In this document: positions 55,240 to 64,000 of the stretch, one piece after another
How positions within the stretch are numbered: position 1 is the stretch's first letter
Layout of the letters: every line of letters starts with the position of its first letter
Assembly (NCBI GenBank): GCA_963842945.1
Contig: CAWJIM010000002.1
Coordinates: 192,001-256,000, forward strand
Reading direction: 5' to 3'
Length of the DNA stretch: 64,000 bases
DNA from: an uncultured Gemmatimonadales bacterium
GTDB lineage: Bacteria > Gemmatimonadota > Gemmatimonadetes > Gemmatimonadales > GWC2-71-9
Program-made: the position numbers and the translations under genes
The notes under the pieces: model-generated
Databases searched by the model: none
The model's input: the letters and a program-made list of their open reading frames with translations, nothing else
What the model was told of the DNA's origin: nothing

Positions 55240-56393
55240 ATGTCGCCCACCTGGGTCGCCCGACTCGTAGCACTGGTGTGGATCCTCAGCGCGGCCGGGG
55301 AGGCTAGCGCGCAAGGCGTGGAAACTTCCGATATCCCTTCGATCGAGCCGGCACCCGGAACGGCCGAAAGCGCTCCCGAGGCAGGCTCCGGAGTCACCCC
55401 TCTGGTGGCCCCGCTGCCGTTTAAGAACTCGCAGATCGGTTGGGGTGTGGCCTTGATGCTGGGTCTGATTCACCGGCTCGACGCCGATACCACGGTCAAA
55501 CCTTCAACCGGGGCAATCGTGGGTCTTGCCAGTGAGAACGGCAGCTGGGGCGTCATGGGCATGGAGATGGCGCGCCTGGGCCGAGATACCTGGCGGGCCC
55601 GCGGCGTGGCCGGCTACATGGACCTGCAGTACGACTTCTATGGTATCGGCCTCGAGGCCGGAGAAGCCGGCCAATCGGTCCCGATCGATCAGACCTTCTT
55701 CATTGCCTCGGGTGCGCTCCTCCGGCACGTCGTGAGCGGCCTCTACCTCGGAGGCCAGATCGTATGGCTGACCACAACCGTGACACCCCAGGATGCGGCG
55801 GGACCGAACGATCCCGCTCTACCCGACCAGGCCCGCACGGATCTTCTGGCGGGAGGCCTTCAGGCGGAGTTCGATACCCGGGACGACGACTACTGGCCCC
55901 AGCGAGGGTCGTTGGCCCAGCTCAAGGGAAACTTCTTCACTACTACGACCGGAGCGTCGGGTTCCTTTCAGCGCTACCAGGCGGCCTGGTCCGTGGTACC
56001 ACGGTTTCCGGGGCCCGCGCCTGGTGCTCGCCACCAACCTCCTGGCCTGTGGAGCGCCGGGAGACGCCCCCTTCTACGGTCTTTGCTCCCTAGGGCTCCG
56101 GCCGATTCTCGGTCCGGGGGTACACCCAGGGGCGCTATCGGGACCACTACACCACTGCGGTGCAGGTGGAGCTACGCGGGCATACCTCGGGTCGTCTGGG
56201 CGCCGTGCTCTTTGGGGGCTTTGCCCAGGTGGCCCCGGAAATCTCGGAGATCCTCAACTCGGAGCTGCTTCCAGCCGGCGGCGCCGGTCTCCGCTTTCAA
56301 CTGACCCGGAAATATCCGATGCACCTTCGGCTGGATTACGCTTGGGGCCGCGACGGCGGACTGCTCTACTTCTCGGTGGGAGAGGCCATCTAG
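55240..56393 (+). CDS. POTRA-less Omp85/BamA-TamA-like beta-barrel protein (frameshifted)
   Basis: Signal peptide; FDTRDDDYWPQRG, GY.QGRYRD, GAGLRFQL..HLRLDYAWG...YFSVGEAI. Confidence 0.78.
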
Positions 56394-56412
56394 CTCAAAA
56401 CGGGCCCTTACT

Positions 56413-56754
56413 TCATTCGCCGGCGTGCCGCTGCCGCAGCTCTGACATGTCACGATCGAGGAAGTAATTGAGGAACGTTCGAATCACTGCCACCGCACCG
56501 AGCCGGGCGACGGCCTCCCACTGATGAGTTATGGAGGTCTCGAGGATGTCGGCGCCGAGCTGGAAGGTGAGTGCCGCAACCAGCCACCGGGCATAGCCGA
56601 GCCACACGTCGCGGCGCTCCGGCCGAGGGCCTCCCGCCAGGAGCAGCCGGACCACGCCGACGATCGCCTCCACCGATCCCGCGAGGACCATCACCAGCGC
56701 GAGGCCGTTCAGGAAGGCGATGGAGATCTCGGTCACATGAATCAGCCAGCTCAT
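56413..56754 (-). CDS. DUF1622 membrane protein
   Basis: WLVAALTFQLGADILETSI..W..LGAVAVIRTFLNYFLDRDM. Confidence 0.88.
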   Translation of the reverse strand: MSWLIHVTEISIAFLNGLALVMVLAGSVEAIVGVVRLLLAGGPRPERRDVWLGYARWLVAALTFQLGADILETSITHQWEAVARLGAVAVIRTFLNYFLDRDMSELRQRHAGE

Positions 56755-56786
56755 CAGCTTGACGATCCGGAATACCGGCGCAGACT

Positions 56787-56810
56787 GAAACTGTCAGTTG
56801 TACCAGTTTC
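56787..56810. promoter_or_regulatory. Two overlapping, oppositely oriented island motif copies between divergent genes
   Basis: GAAACTG-TCAGTTGTAC-CAGTTTC; minus copy TGGTACAACTGACAGTTTC and plus copy TGTCAGTTGTACCAGTTTC (19 bp before CATCCT). Confidence 0.65.
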
Positions 56811-56886
56811 CGGGCCGCCACCATCTCGGCATCCTCTCCCCATGCGGTGGATCCGGCCCTGACCCTCTTGCGGCAAGGTGCTTCCA

Positions 56887-57752
56887 TGTGGCGCTTCCTC
56901 GTTTTCGTGGCCGGCCTCACACCACTGCTCGCCTCAGCCGCCTACGCCCAGGAGCTGGACTCCCGCTTGTACCCGAAATGGGAGCTCGACGCTTCGGCGA
57001 CGCTCCTGCTCCTGGACGAAAACATCAGGGTCGATCCCCTGAACCAGCCGGGCGAAGGCACTGAGTTCAATGCCGAAGATGCGCTCGGCGTCTCCGGCAC
57101 CAGCTTCCAGCCCCGCGCCGCGCTGCGCTGGCGGCCCGGGAAGCGGCATGAGCTGGAGCTGGGCTATCTCCGCGCTGTCCGTTCGGCCGAGAAGGTGCTG
57201 CGCGATACCCTCGTGGTTGGCGATACCACCTTCGACGCCGGTCTTAGGGTCAACTCCAACCTGAGAACCAGCCAGGCGTTTCTGACCTACCGCTTCAGCT
57301 TCCGGGCCCGGCCTGAGAGTCAGATCGGCGCCGCCGTAGGGCTGGGAGCCATCTTCCTGAAGAGCGAGCTCGACGCTACCGCCGCGGCTACCCAGGCCGG
57401 CGCTGATACGGCCATTGTCGAGCGATCGAAGAGCACCAGCTTTACCGCCCCCACCCTTTCACTCGGCCTGTATGGCCGGTGGAAACTGGGCGAGAAGTGG
57501 TACCTGGAAACAGATGCGCGAGGGGTCTACTTCAAGGTCGAGAACTTCAAGGCCGGAGTGGCGGAACTGGGACTGGCGGGACGCCGCTTCTTCAGCGAGA
57601 AGTTCGCCGCGGAGCTGGGGTATAACCTGGGCTTCTACACGGTCACCCTGGAGAAGGGCACCGACGACAGCTCCTTCCTCAACATCGATGTGGCGGGAAA
57701 GATCAAGTACACGGTGAACGGGTTCCGCGGGGGTATAGTCTGGATTTTCTAG
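56887..57752 (+). CDS. Outer-membrane beta-barrel hypothetical protein
   Basis: Signal peptide ending AYA; amphipathic strands; C-terminal aromatic residue (GIVWIF). Confidence 0.7.
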
Positions 57753-57775
57753 GCCCGGCTCCAGCTCTTTGACTT

Positions 57776-58321
57776 CTATTTCACGGTGTACCCCTTCCCT
57801 TCCAGGCATGCGCTCATTCCCTTCTTGAACGCCTCGATCTTCCCCGCCGCTTCTCCCTGGGCGTTGGCCACGGACTGCTGCTCCGCCTGCTTGGTGGCCT
57901 GCTTCTTGGCCCGTCGGCCCTTGACGGCTCCCGCCGTCGCCCCGATCGCGGCACCTGTGCCGGCGTCGCCGGCAATTCCCCCGACGATGGCTCCGCCCGC
58001 AGCTCCGCCGGCCGCACCTTTGACTGCCGCCCCGTGCGTCGCGGTATCGGCGGCCGCCTTCCCCGCTGCTGCCGCGGAGTCGGTGTTAACAGTGACGGCA
58101 GCGGGATCGATGCCCGTTTGTTCTTTGGACGCAATCGTAGCAGGCCTTTTCGTCCGTGGCCTGCTGCTCCTTCGTCTGCTCCTTGGCCGGAAACACTACC
58201 AGGCCCAGCTTGCCCGGAGAGTGAAGCCGACGCCGGGTGCCGTTGTCTGGGCACCCGCGAGCGTGAGGTTTATTCCCAAGGCCCACACCAGGAGCGGTGT
58301 GGCATAGTAAACTTTTGTCAT
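57776..58321 (-). CDS. Secreted glycine-zipper protein (frameshifted)
   Basis: VVFPAKEQTKEQQATDEKACY...GAAGGAAGGAIVGGIAGDAGTGAAIGATAG...FKKGMSACLEGKGYTVK. Confidence 0.75.
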
Positions 58322-58342
58322 GGTGCCTTCCTGAAAACGCCC

Positions 58343-59006
58343 TTAGAACGCGAACACCAGACCGCCGGTCCACTGGCCCTGGTTCACCCAGGCCGTGCCT
58401 TCACCCGCGACGCAGGCATAGAATCCGCACCAGACTCCGTAATCACCAGAGGGCACCGGCGTTACCCAGAGCTTGATGTCGCTCCGGATGCCGATCCGCT
58501 GGCTGGAGAACATGTACTTGGCCCCACCGCCGACGCTCCAGGAGAAGCGGGTACTGGAACCGACTCCTTCCGCCTTGGGATCGAGCACGTTGATGCCGAG
58601 CGAGCCGGTGATAAAGGGCCGCAGCTTCTCCGAGTGCCCGAACTCCTGCCGTCCCCCGATCTGGACGTAATTGAACGCGAAGCCGCCGGGCAGAGGTACG
58701 TTCGTTCCTCCGGCAGCCGGATCGAATTCGATGTCGCTGTCCTGCCGGGAGTAGAGCAGCTCGACCGCAGATCCCATATGGGCCAGGAAGCTGACCACCA
58801 GACCCCAGGAGAATGAGTCGGGAACCCGGAGTTCGCCCGGCTCCCAGCACACCCCCTGCGTCGGTCTGGAATGCGCCGCCAAATGACCAGGCCGCGAACG
58901 GCGTGAGCTCGAAGCGGTTGTAGTGCACCTCCTGCAATTGCGCTGCTGCCGGGGCCGCAGTGAGCCACAGCGCTGCAACGCCAATGACGAGGGGAAGATA
59001 CGGCAT
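58343..59006 (-). CDS. Outer-membrane beta-barrel (OMP_b-brl-like) protein (frameshifted)
   Basis: Signal peptide; FELTPFA, RPFITGSLG, FSWSVGGGAKY, ends GGLVFAF. Confidence 0.75.
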
Positions 59007-59105
59007 CTCATGGTGTGCCTCACTGGGTTCGTAAATGGATGCTTGGCACAGCTCGGCTCAGCCGCCGGGTTGACGGTTACAGGGTACGATGTTCCTGATG
59101 CTCGG

Positions 59106-59124
59106 GTAACTGTTAGTTCTTACA
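59106..59124 (-). promoter_or_regulatory. Island motif copy TGTAAGAACTAACAGTTAC
   Basis: 19 bp before TACCCT; 59108-59127 is identical to 60954-60973. Confidence 0.65.
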
Positions 59125-59137
59125 GGAAGCTCGGGCC

Positions 59138-60250
59138 TTACCATCCCACGGTATACTGGGCGCCCAGCGTGTAGTCCACCTGATCGGCATGCAGCTCCCC
59201 GGCTGGATATCCGGCAGACCAGGTGCCCCGTCGGTTCACCATTCTAAGCCGCAGCGCCAGGTTGGACACTACTTCCCACGCCAGGGTCAACCGCTCGAGT
59301 TGTTCCCTGCCCCTCGGCGCCAGCGATTGATCGCCGAAGGCCACCATGCGGTCCAGGGTGACCGTGAGAGGGATCCGGACGTCGGTGAGCCCTCCATTGA
59401 AGGAAACGAAGTTGGTCAACTCCTGCATGACGCCTCTGCCGTTGCCATAAACCCCAATTTGCGTGCTGACGGTCAGGCCTTTGAGCATGATGGCAGGACC
59501 AATGCTCGCTCTATAGGCGGTCCCGCTGCTCAGGGCAGCGTTTCCCGGGGTGGGCTGCCAATCCGCGTGGATACTGCCGAGGTGCACCGCCAGTCCGTAC
59601 GCCACGCCCCCGGAGCTCCGCTGGATCTCTCGCGAGATGTCGAGCGAGGCCATTCGGGCCCCTGACCCGAACGTACCCTCCAGCCGAGCGCTCAAACCGG
59701 CCATGGCCACCTCAGCCTGCAAGTTGACCTCCGAAGCGCTCCGAGCGCCCCGTTGGGCCGGGCCTTGATTGGGGATCCGGATGGCTCGCTGGCTGAAGTT
59801 CGTGCTCCAGCCGCCGGTGAGAGCTACCGAGCGCCGGTTTCTTTCCGGCAGCACAATCGAGAGCTCGTGGTAGTAGGATTGGCAGGAGTGCTGGCGGCAG
59901 ACCTCAACCTTGACTGGCTTCTTCACCAGGTTGAGGAGCCGGCCCTCGTGCCGCGCGGCATAGCGCATCACCGGCAGGCTGTCACCGAAGTCCGGCTGCA
60001 GCGAGGCCTGGAGCATTGCGCCGGTGGCCGAGTACCGGTCCAGCCCGTTGACCGAGCTGACCACGATACTGTCGGCCGACGGACTGGTGACGCTCAGCTG
60101 GATCGGCCCATCCGCTCGGCTCACCGCAGGATTGAGGTGCAGCCGGACGGGGCGGGCCCATCCGCGAGATCGATGGTGGTTCCTGGCGGGGGGCTACAGG
60201 CCCGGAGTGCCAGTGAGCCCGACTGCAGCCCGAGCGACAGCAACGTCCAC
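59138..60250 (-). CDS. Hypothetical protein with probable C-terminal beta-barrel (start uncertain)
   Basis: 328-aa ORF ending DYTLGAQYTVGW; no clear boundary with the upstream lipoprotein. Confidence 0.5.
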
Positions 60251-60875
60251 CGGAGACGTTCTGCGGAGTGCTGCTGGCAAAGACCTTCTCTTTCTTCATC
60301 TGGCTGACGGTGGCGTCGACGATGTCATTGACCAGCTTCCGCACCGAATCCGGATTGTAGGTCTTGGTCCGGCTGGCCCAGACCAGCTTGTTCTGGGTCA
60401 GGGAATAGACGTTCGACTCCACGCTCACCACCTGGTCCGATTGGACGTAACCAGGAGAGTAGGCGTAGCCCCAACCCGTGCCCCAGTAGCCCCACATCGA
60501 CCCATACGCCGACGGTACTACGTAGGACGAACCGGGGACGTAGGTGGTCTCCTGGTCGACCGCCACCGGACGCATCACCACGGCACCGTCGAAGTTTTGG
60601 GCCACGACCATAGCCTTGGCCCTTTCCTGATCCCGCAGGGCCTCATCCGGAATAACGGTATAGGCCGCTACCCCATTCCCCAGCTTCTTGGCCAGCTCGT
60701 CCTCCGCCGCCCGGCGCGTGCCCACGTCCTTGCTGATGAAGACGGCAAGAACCTTCTTGAACTTCTGCGGCTGCATGGTGGGCTCTTTCCAGGAGTTCAC
60801 CACCTCGGTGTTCGGCGCGCAGGCACCGAGCAGGAGGCTGAACGCGAGAGCAGAGTGAGTTCGGGTGATTCGCAT
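60250..60875 (-). CDS. DUF4136-like lipoprotein (3' end uncertain)
   Basis: LLLGAC lipobox; KKVLAVF..RRAAEDEL..YVPG..WGYWG..VESNVY..LVWASRT. Confidence 0.65.
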
Positions 60876-60951
60876 ACTCTCTCCTGGTGATTGAGATCGA
60901 GACGGTAAGGAGTAGTCCGGTACCTCACGCTAGAGTCCGGCGCCACCATAG

Positions 60952-60970
60952 GAAACTGTTAGTTCTTACA
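60952..60970 (-). promoter_or_regulatory. Island motif copy TGTAAGAACTAACAGTTTC
   Basis: 19 bp before TAGCGT; upstream of the minus-strand lipoprotein at 60875. Confidence 0.65.
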
Positions 60971-60995
60971 GGAGTCCTCTCCCACTTCCGGCCAC

Positions 60996-61014
60996 TGGTA
61001 GAACTGACAGTTTC
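60996..61014 (+). promoter_or_regulatory. Island motif copy TGGTAGAACTGACAGTTTC
   Basis: 20 bp before CATAGT; upstream of ATG 61071 with AGGAGG RBS. Confidence 0.65.
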
Positions 61015-61070
61015 GGGCAGGCCCGGCGCCTCGGCATAGTGGTGCACGTCCGCCACCCCAAGGAGGCCGC

Positions 61071-61580
61071 ATGAGGATGGCCCACCCTACCTGGCTCGGT
61101 GCACTCGCCCTGAGCGGCCTGCTCACCGCACGGCCGGCCCAGGCCCAGGCCGACCAGCCCACCAACGGCCTGGACCAGATCGAGCTCACCCGGGCCAACA
61201 TCCAGGAGCGGCGACAGGAGATCGTCCAGCAGATCATGGAGCTGACGCCGGCCCAGAGCGACAAGTTCTGGCCGGTATACCGGGATTATCGCAACGAGAT
61301 CGCCCGGGTCAGCGACCAGCGGGTGGAGCTGATCGAGAAGTTTGCCAACCAGGCCGCAACTATGTCCGACGAGCAGTCGGAGAAGCTGCTCCATCAATGG
61401 TTCAGCCTGCGGGAGCAGCAGATCAACGTGCAGAAGAAGTACGCCGGGAAGTTCCGTAAGCTGCTGCCCGGTGCCAAGGTGGTCCGCTTCTACCAGACCG
61501 AGAACCTGCTGGACACGATTGTCGCTGCCGACGTCTAGGCTTCCATGCCGGTGGCGGGGGACAGTGCGACAACACCCTGA
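61071..61580 (+). CDS. Secreted helical hypothetical protein, paralog of 46393-46900; in-frame TAG at 61536-61538
   Basis: MRMAHPTWLGALALSGLL...KVVRFYQTENLLDTIVAADV*ASMPVAGD aligns with ...NLQAALPVPGD in the paralog. Confidence 0.75.
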
Positions 61581-61665
61581 GGCGGAACGATTGAACGACG
61601 GAACGGGGGAGGGAGTGGAAGGAGGATCTATCTCTGGGGCTTCGGTCGCGTCGCGCCATCCGGCA

Positions 61666-62601
61666 ATGGTGTGGATTCCCGGGGGCACCTTTGCCATGGG
61701 CTCGGACGATCACTATCCCGAGGAGCGTCCGGTCCACCAGGTGTCGGTGGAAGGGTTCTGGATCGATCGATACCCCGTCACCAACGAGCGCTTCGGCCGC
61801 TTCGTGGCGGGGACGGGCCATGTGAAGTTGGCGGAAATGCCCGCCCGATCCGGAGGATTACCCCGGCGCCCTGCCGGAGATGCTGTACGCCGGGCTCGCT
61901 CGTGTTCGTCAAGCCACGGCCCGGTCGATCGGCGCGACCATCGGCAACTGGTGGTCGTTCATGCGCGGCGCCGACTGGCGGCATCCGCACGGGCCGGACA
62001 GCTCGATCGAGGGCACGGGCGCCACCCGGTGGTGCACGTCGCCTTCGGCGACGCGGAGGCTTACGCGCAGTGGGACGGCAAGGCGCTGCCGACCGAAGCC
62101 GAGTGGGAGTTCGCCGCGCGTGGCGGCCTGGACGGCGCGGCGTACGCCTGGGGCGAGAGTTCACGCCCGGCGGCCGCTACATGGCCAACACCTGGCAGGG
62201 TGAGTTCCCCTGGCAGAACCTGGAGGACGACGGCTACGAGCGCAAGTCGCCGGTCGGACGCGTTCCCGCCGAACGGCTACGGCCTGTACGACATGACCGG
62301 CAACGTCTGGGAGTGGACCACCGACTGGTACGTGCCGCGCACCCGGGCGAGCGGCCAAGGCGTGTTGCATGCCGAAAAATCCGCGGGGCGCGCACGAGAG
62401 AGAGAGCTACGACCGCGCCAGCCGGAGATCCGCATTCCCCGCAAGGTGATGAAGGGCGGCTCGCACCTATGCGCGCCGAACTACTGCCGCCGCTATCGGC
62501 CGGCTGCCCGGTTCCCGGAGCCGATCGACACCTCGACCTGCCACGTCGGTTTCCGCTGCATCGTCCGGGCGGGAACCGGTCTCATGCCCGTTCCAGGCTG
62601 A
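61666..62601 (+). CDS. Formylglycine-generating enzyme (SUMF1/FGE family; frameshifted)
   Basis: IPGGTFAMGS..YPEE, HPVVHV, LPTEAEWEFAARGG, NGYGLYDMTGNVWEW, KGGSHLCAPNYCRRYRPAAR, HVGFRC. Confidence 0.93.
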   Translation: MVWIPGGTFAMGSDDHYPEERPVHQVSVEGFWIDRYPVTNERFGRFVAGTGHVKLAEMPARSGGLPRRPAGDAVRRARSCSSSHGPVDRRDHRQLVVVHARRRLAASARAGQLDRGHGRHPVVHVAFGDAEAYAQWDGKALPTEAEWEFAARGGLDGAAYAWGESSRPAAATWPTPGRVSSPGRTWRTTATSASRRSDAFPPNGYGLYDMTGNVWEWTTDWYVPRTRASGQGVLHAEKSAGRARERELRPRQPEIRIPRKVMKGGSHLCAPNYCRRYRPAARFPEPIDTSTCHVGFRCIVRAGTGLMPVPG

Positions 62602-64000
62602 TGCGATTCCCCTTTCCTTCTGATTGCACTCTGGGCGGTTGCTCCCACTGCAGTCAGCCAGGCCAAGAGGGCGGGCTATCGGTCGCCCTCAGCCACCAGC
62701 CAGAGCCAGGCGCTCACCCAGGACTGGGCCACTCCGCTCGGCCGGCATCTAGCCTGTCCCAACTCCAATCCGCCGAAGCGGTTCTGGGCCGGCGCCTGGG
62801 AGCTGATGGCGGTGCAGTTCGTCCCCTGGGCATTCACCAAGTGGGTGACCGAGGGTGAGTGGTCGAACATTTCGTTCCGCACCTGGGCCGACAACATCAA
62901 GTTTCCCTGGCAGTGGGACAACAACAAGTTCAACAACAACCAGTTCCCCACCCCTATCACGGCAGCCTCTACTTCAACGCCGGCCGAACCAACGGCTACA
63001 ACTTCTGGCAGTCCGCGCCGTGGGCTTTCGCCGGTAGTCTGATGTGGGAGCTCTTCGGCGAGGTCTGGGCCCCCTCCCCCAACGATCTCGCCAACACCAC
63101 CCTGGGCGGAATCAGCCTGGGCGAAATGCTGTTCCGGTTTTCATCGCTCACGCTGAAGAATGAGGCGACCGGCACCAACCGGATCGTCCGCGAGGTCGGC
63201 GCGGGATTGATCAACCCGGTCCGGGGATTCAACCGGTTGATCCGCGGCGAAGCCGGCCGCATTCTCGAAACTCCGCCCGACTGGCGCCCCACCCGAATCC
63301 AGGCTTCGATGGACGTCGGCTATCGCCGATTTTCCACCTCAGCATCACTGGATGATCCGAACGCGCTCGACCAATCGTTTGTCCAGTTTTCGGTGTTTTA
63401 CGGCGATCAGCTGGCCGACCTGGGGAAGGAGCCGTTCTCCGCCTTCCAGGTCTTCGGCACCCTGGCGAGCCATTCCGGCAACAGCAAAGCGCTCCAGGAA
63501 CTCCGGGTGCGGGGCAACCTGGCCGCCAAGCCGGTGGGGTCCGGCGACGGGAACAAGCTGCTCGCCGGCTTCATGACCTACGAATACCTCCAAAATCCAG
63601 TGGTGGACTTTGGCGCGCAGGGCTTTCAGGGAGGGCTACTGGTCTCCCGCTCGAAGCCCGGCAAGTCCATGCAGCTGTACGGCGAGGCGATGGCCCGGGT
63701 GAACCCGATCGCGGCAATCCGGTCGGACTACTTCGTCACGGCCGAGGGGCGGGACTACGACTACGGAATCGGATTGGGTGGCCGGGTGGAAGGGCGGGCC
63801 CTGTGGCCGGGGAAAGCCACGGTCCGTCTCAACGCCGGGTATATATGGCTGCCGGTCGTAAGTGGTTTCCCCGGAAATCACCAGCTCTGGACCCTGAGCA
63901 CCGAGGCCCGGGGTTACTACCGTGGCAAGTACGGAGCGGGGCTGATGTACCAGCGGCTGTGGAAGAACAGCAACTACACCTTTAACCCCGATGTGAACCA
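62601..64000 (+). CDS. DUF3943-domain outer-membrane protein, runs off the window end (frameshifted)
   Basis: WQWDNNKFNNNQ..HPYHGSLYFNAGRTNGYNFW...GSLMWE..GE..PSPNDLANTTLGGISLGE; TGATG coupling to FGE. Confidence 0.75.

Noticed and set aside
61536..61538. Pyrrolysine recoding of the in-frame TAG
   Set aside because: No pyl genes in the window, the aligned paralog residue is Gln, and a point change or base-call error is simpler.
40547..64000. Integrative element or prophage explanation for the accessory region
   Set aside because: No integrase, transposase, phage gene, tRNA target or att-like direct repeat was seen within the window.

Overview
High-GC bacterial chromosome segment. Gene order and protein styles fit Gemmatimonadota; this assignment is an inference. 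Single-base indels break most genes, including essential ones (prs, rplY, pth, rplI, smc, prfA, tmk). I read these as uncorrected long-read errors and annotated genes by stitching frames, so many ends are approximate. About 3-40 kb is core genome: prs-rplY-pth-ychF-rpsF-rpsR-DUF2232-rplI-DAK2/DegV-rsfS, a peptidase/WD40/Omp85 protein, SPOR protein, smc, DAHP synthase, lolA, S41 protease, tmk, YlbF-like, prmC, prfA, rpmE, Crp, MBL hydrolase, Lnb-like, SpoIID, yajQ, sigma-70, ALDH, NtrC-type regulator, thpR, larE and arfB. About 40.5-64 kb is accessory: a MASE1 hybrid kinase, OmpA, HdeD, a four-gene DyP-peroxidase operon, arylsulfatase, FGE and many outer-membrane or secreted proteins. Four observations stand out. 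(1) A 19-bp motif occurs 8 times in the island, always oriented toward the downstream gene and usually 18-20 bp before a (T/C)AnnnT -10-like hexamer, suggesting an island-wide regulon. (2) A small GIY-YIG nuclease gene is bracketed by 27-bp near-perfect inverted REP-like repeats, giving a RAYT/REP-like or minimal mobile-element architecture. (3) The DyP operon includes two uncharacterised partner genes. (4) Intergenic hairpins built from 7-8-nt tandem units recur through the window. No rRNA, tRNA or CRISPR array was found.
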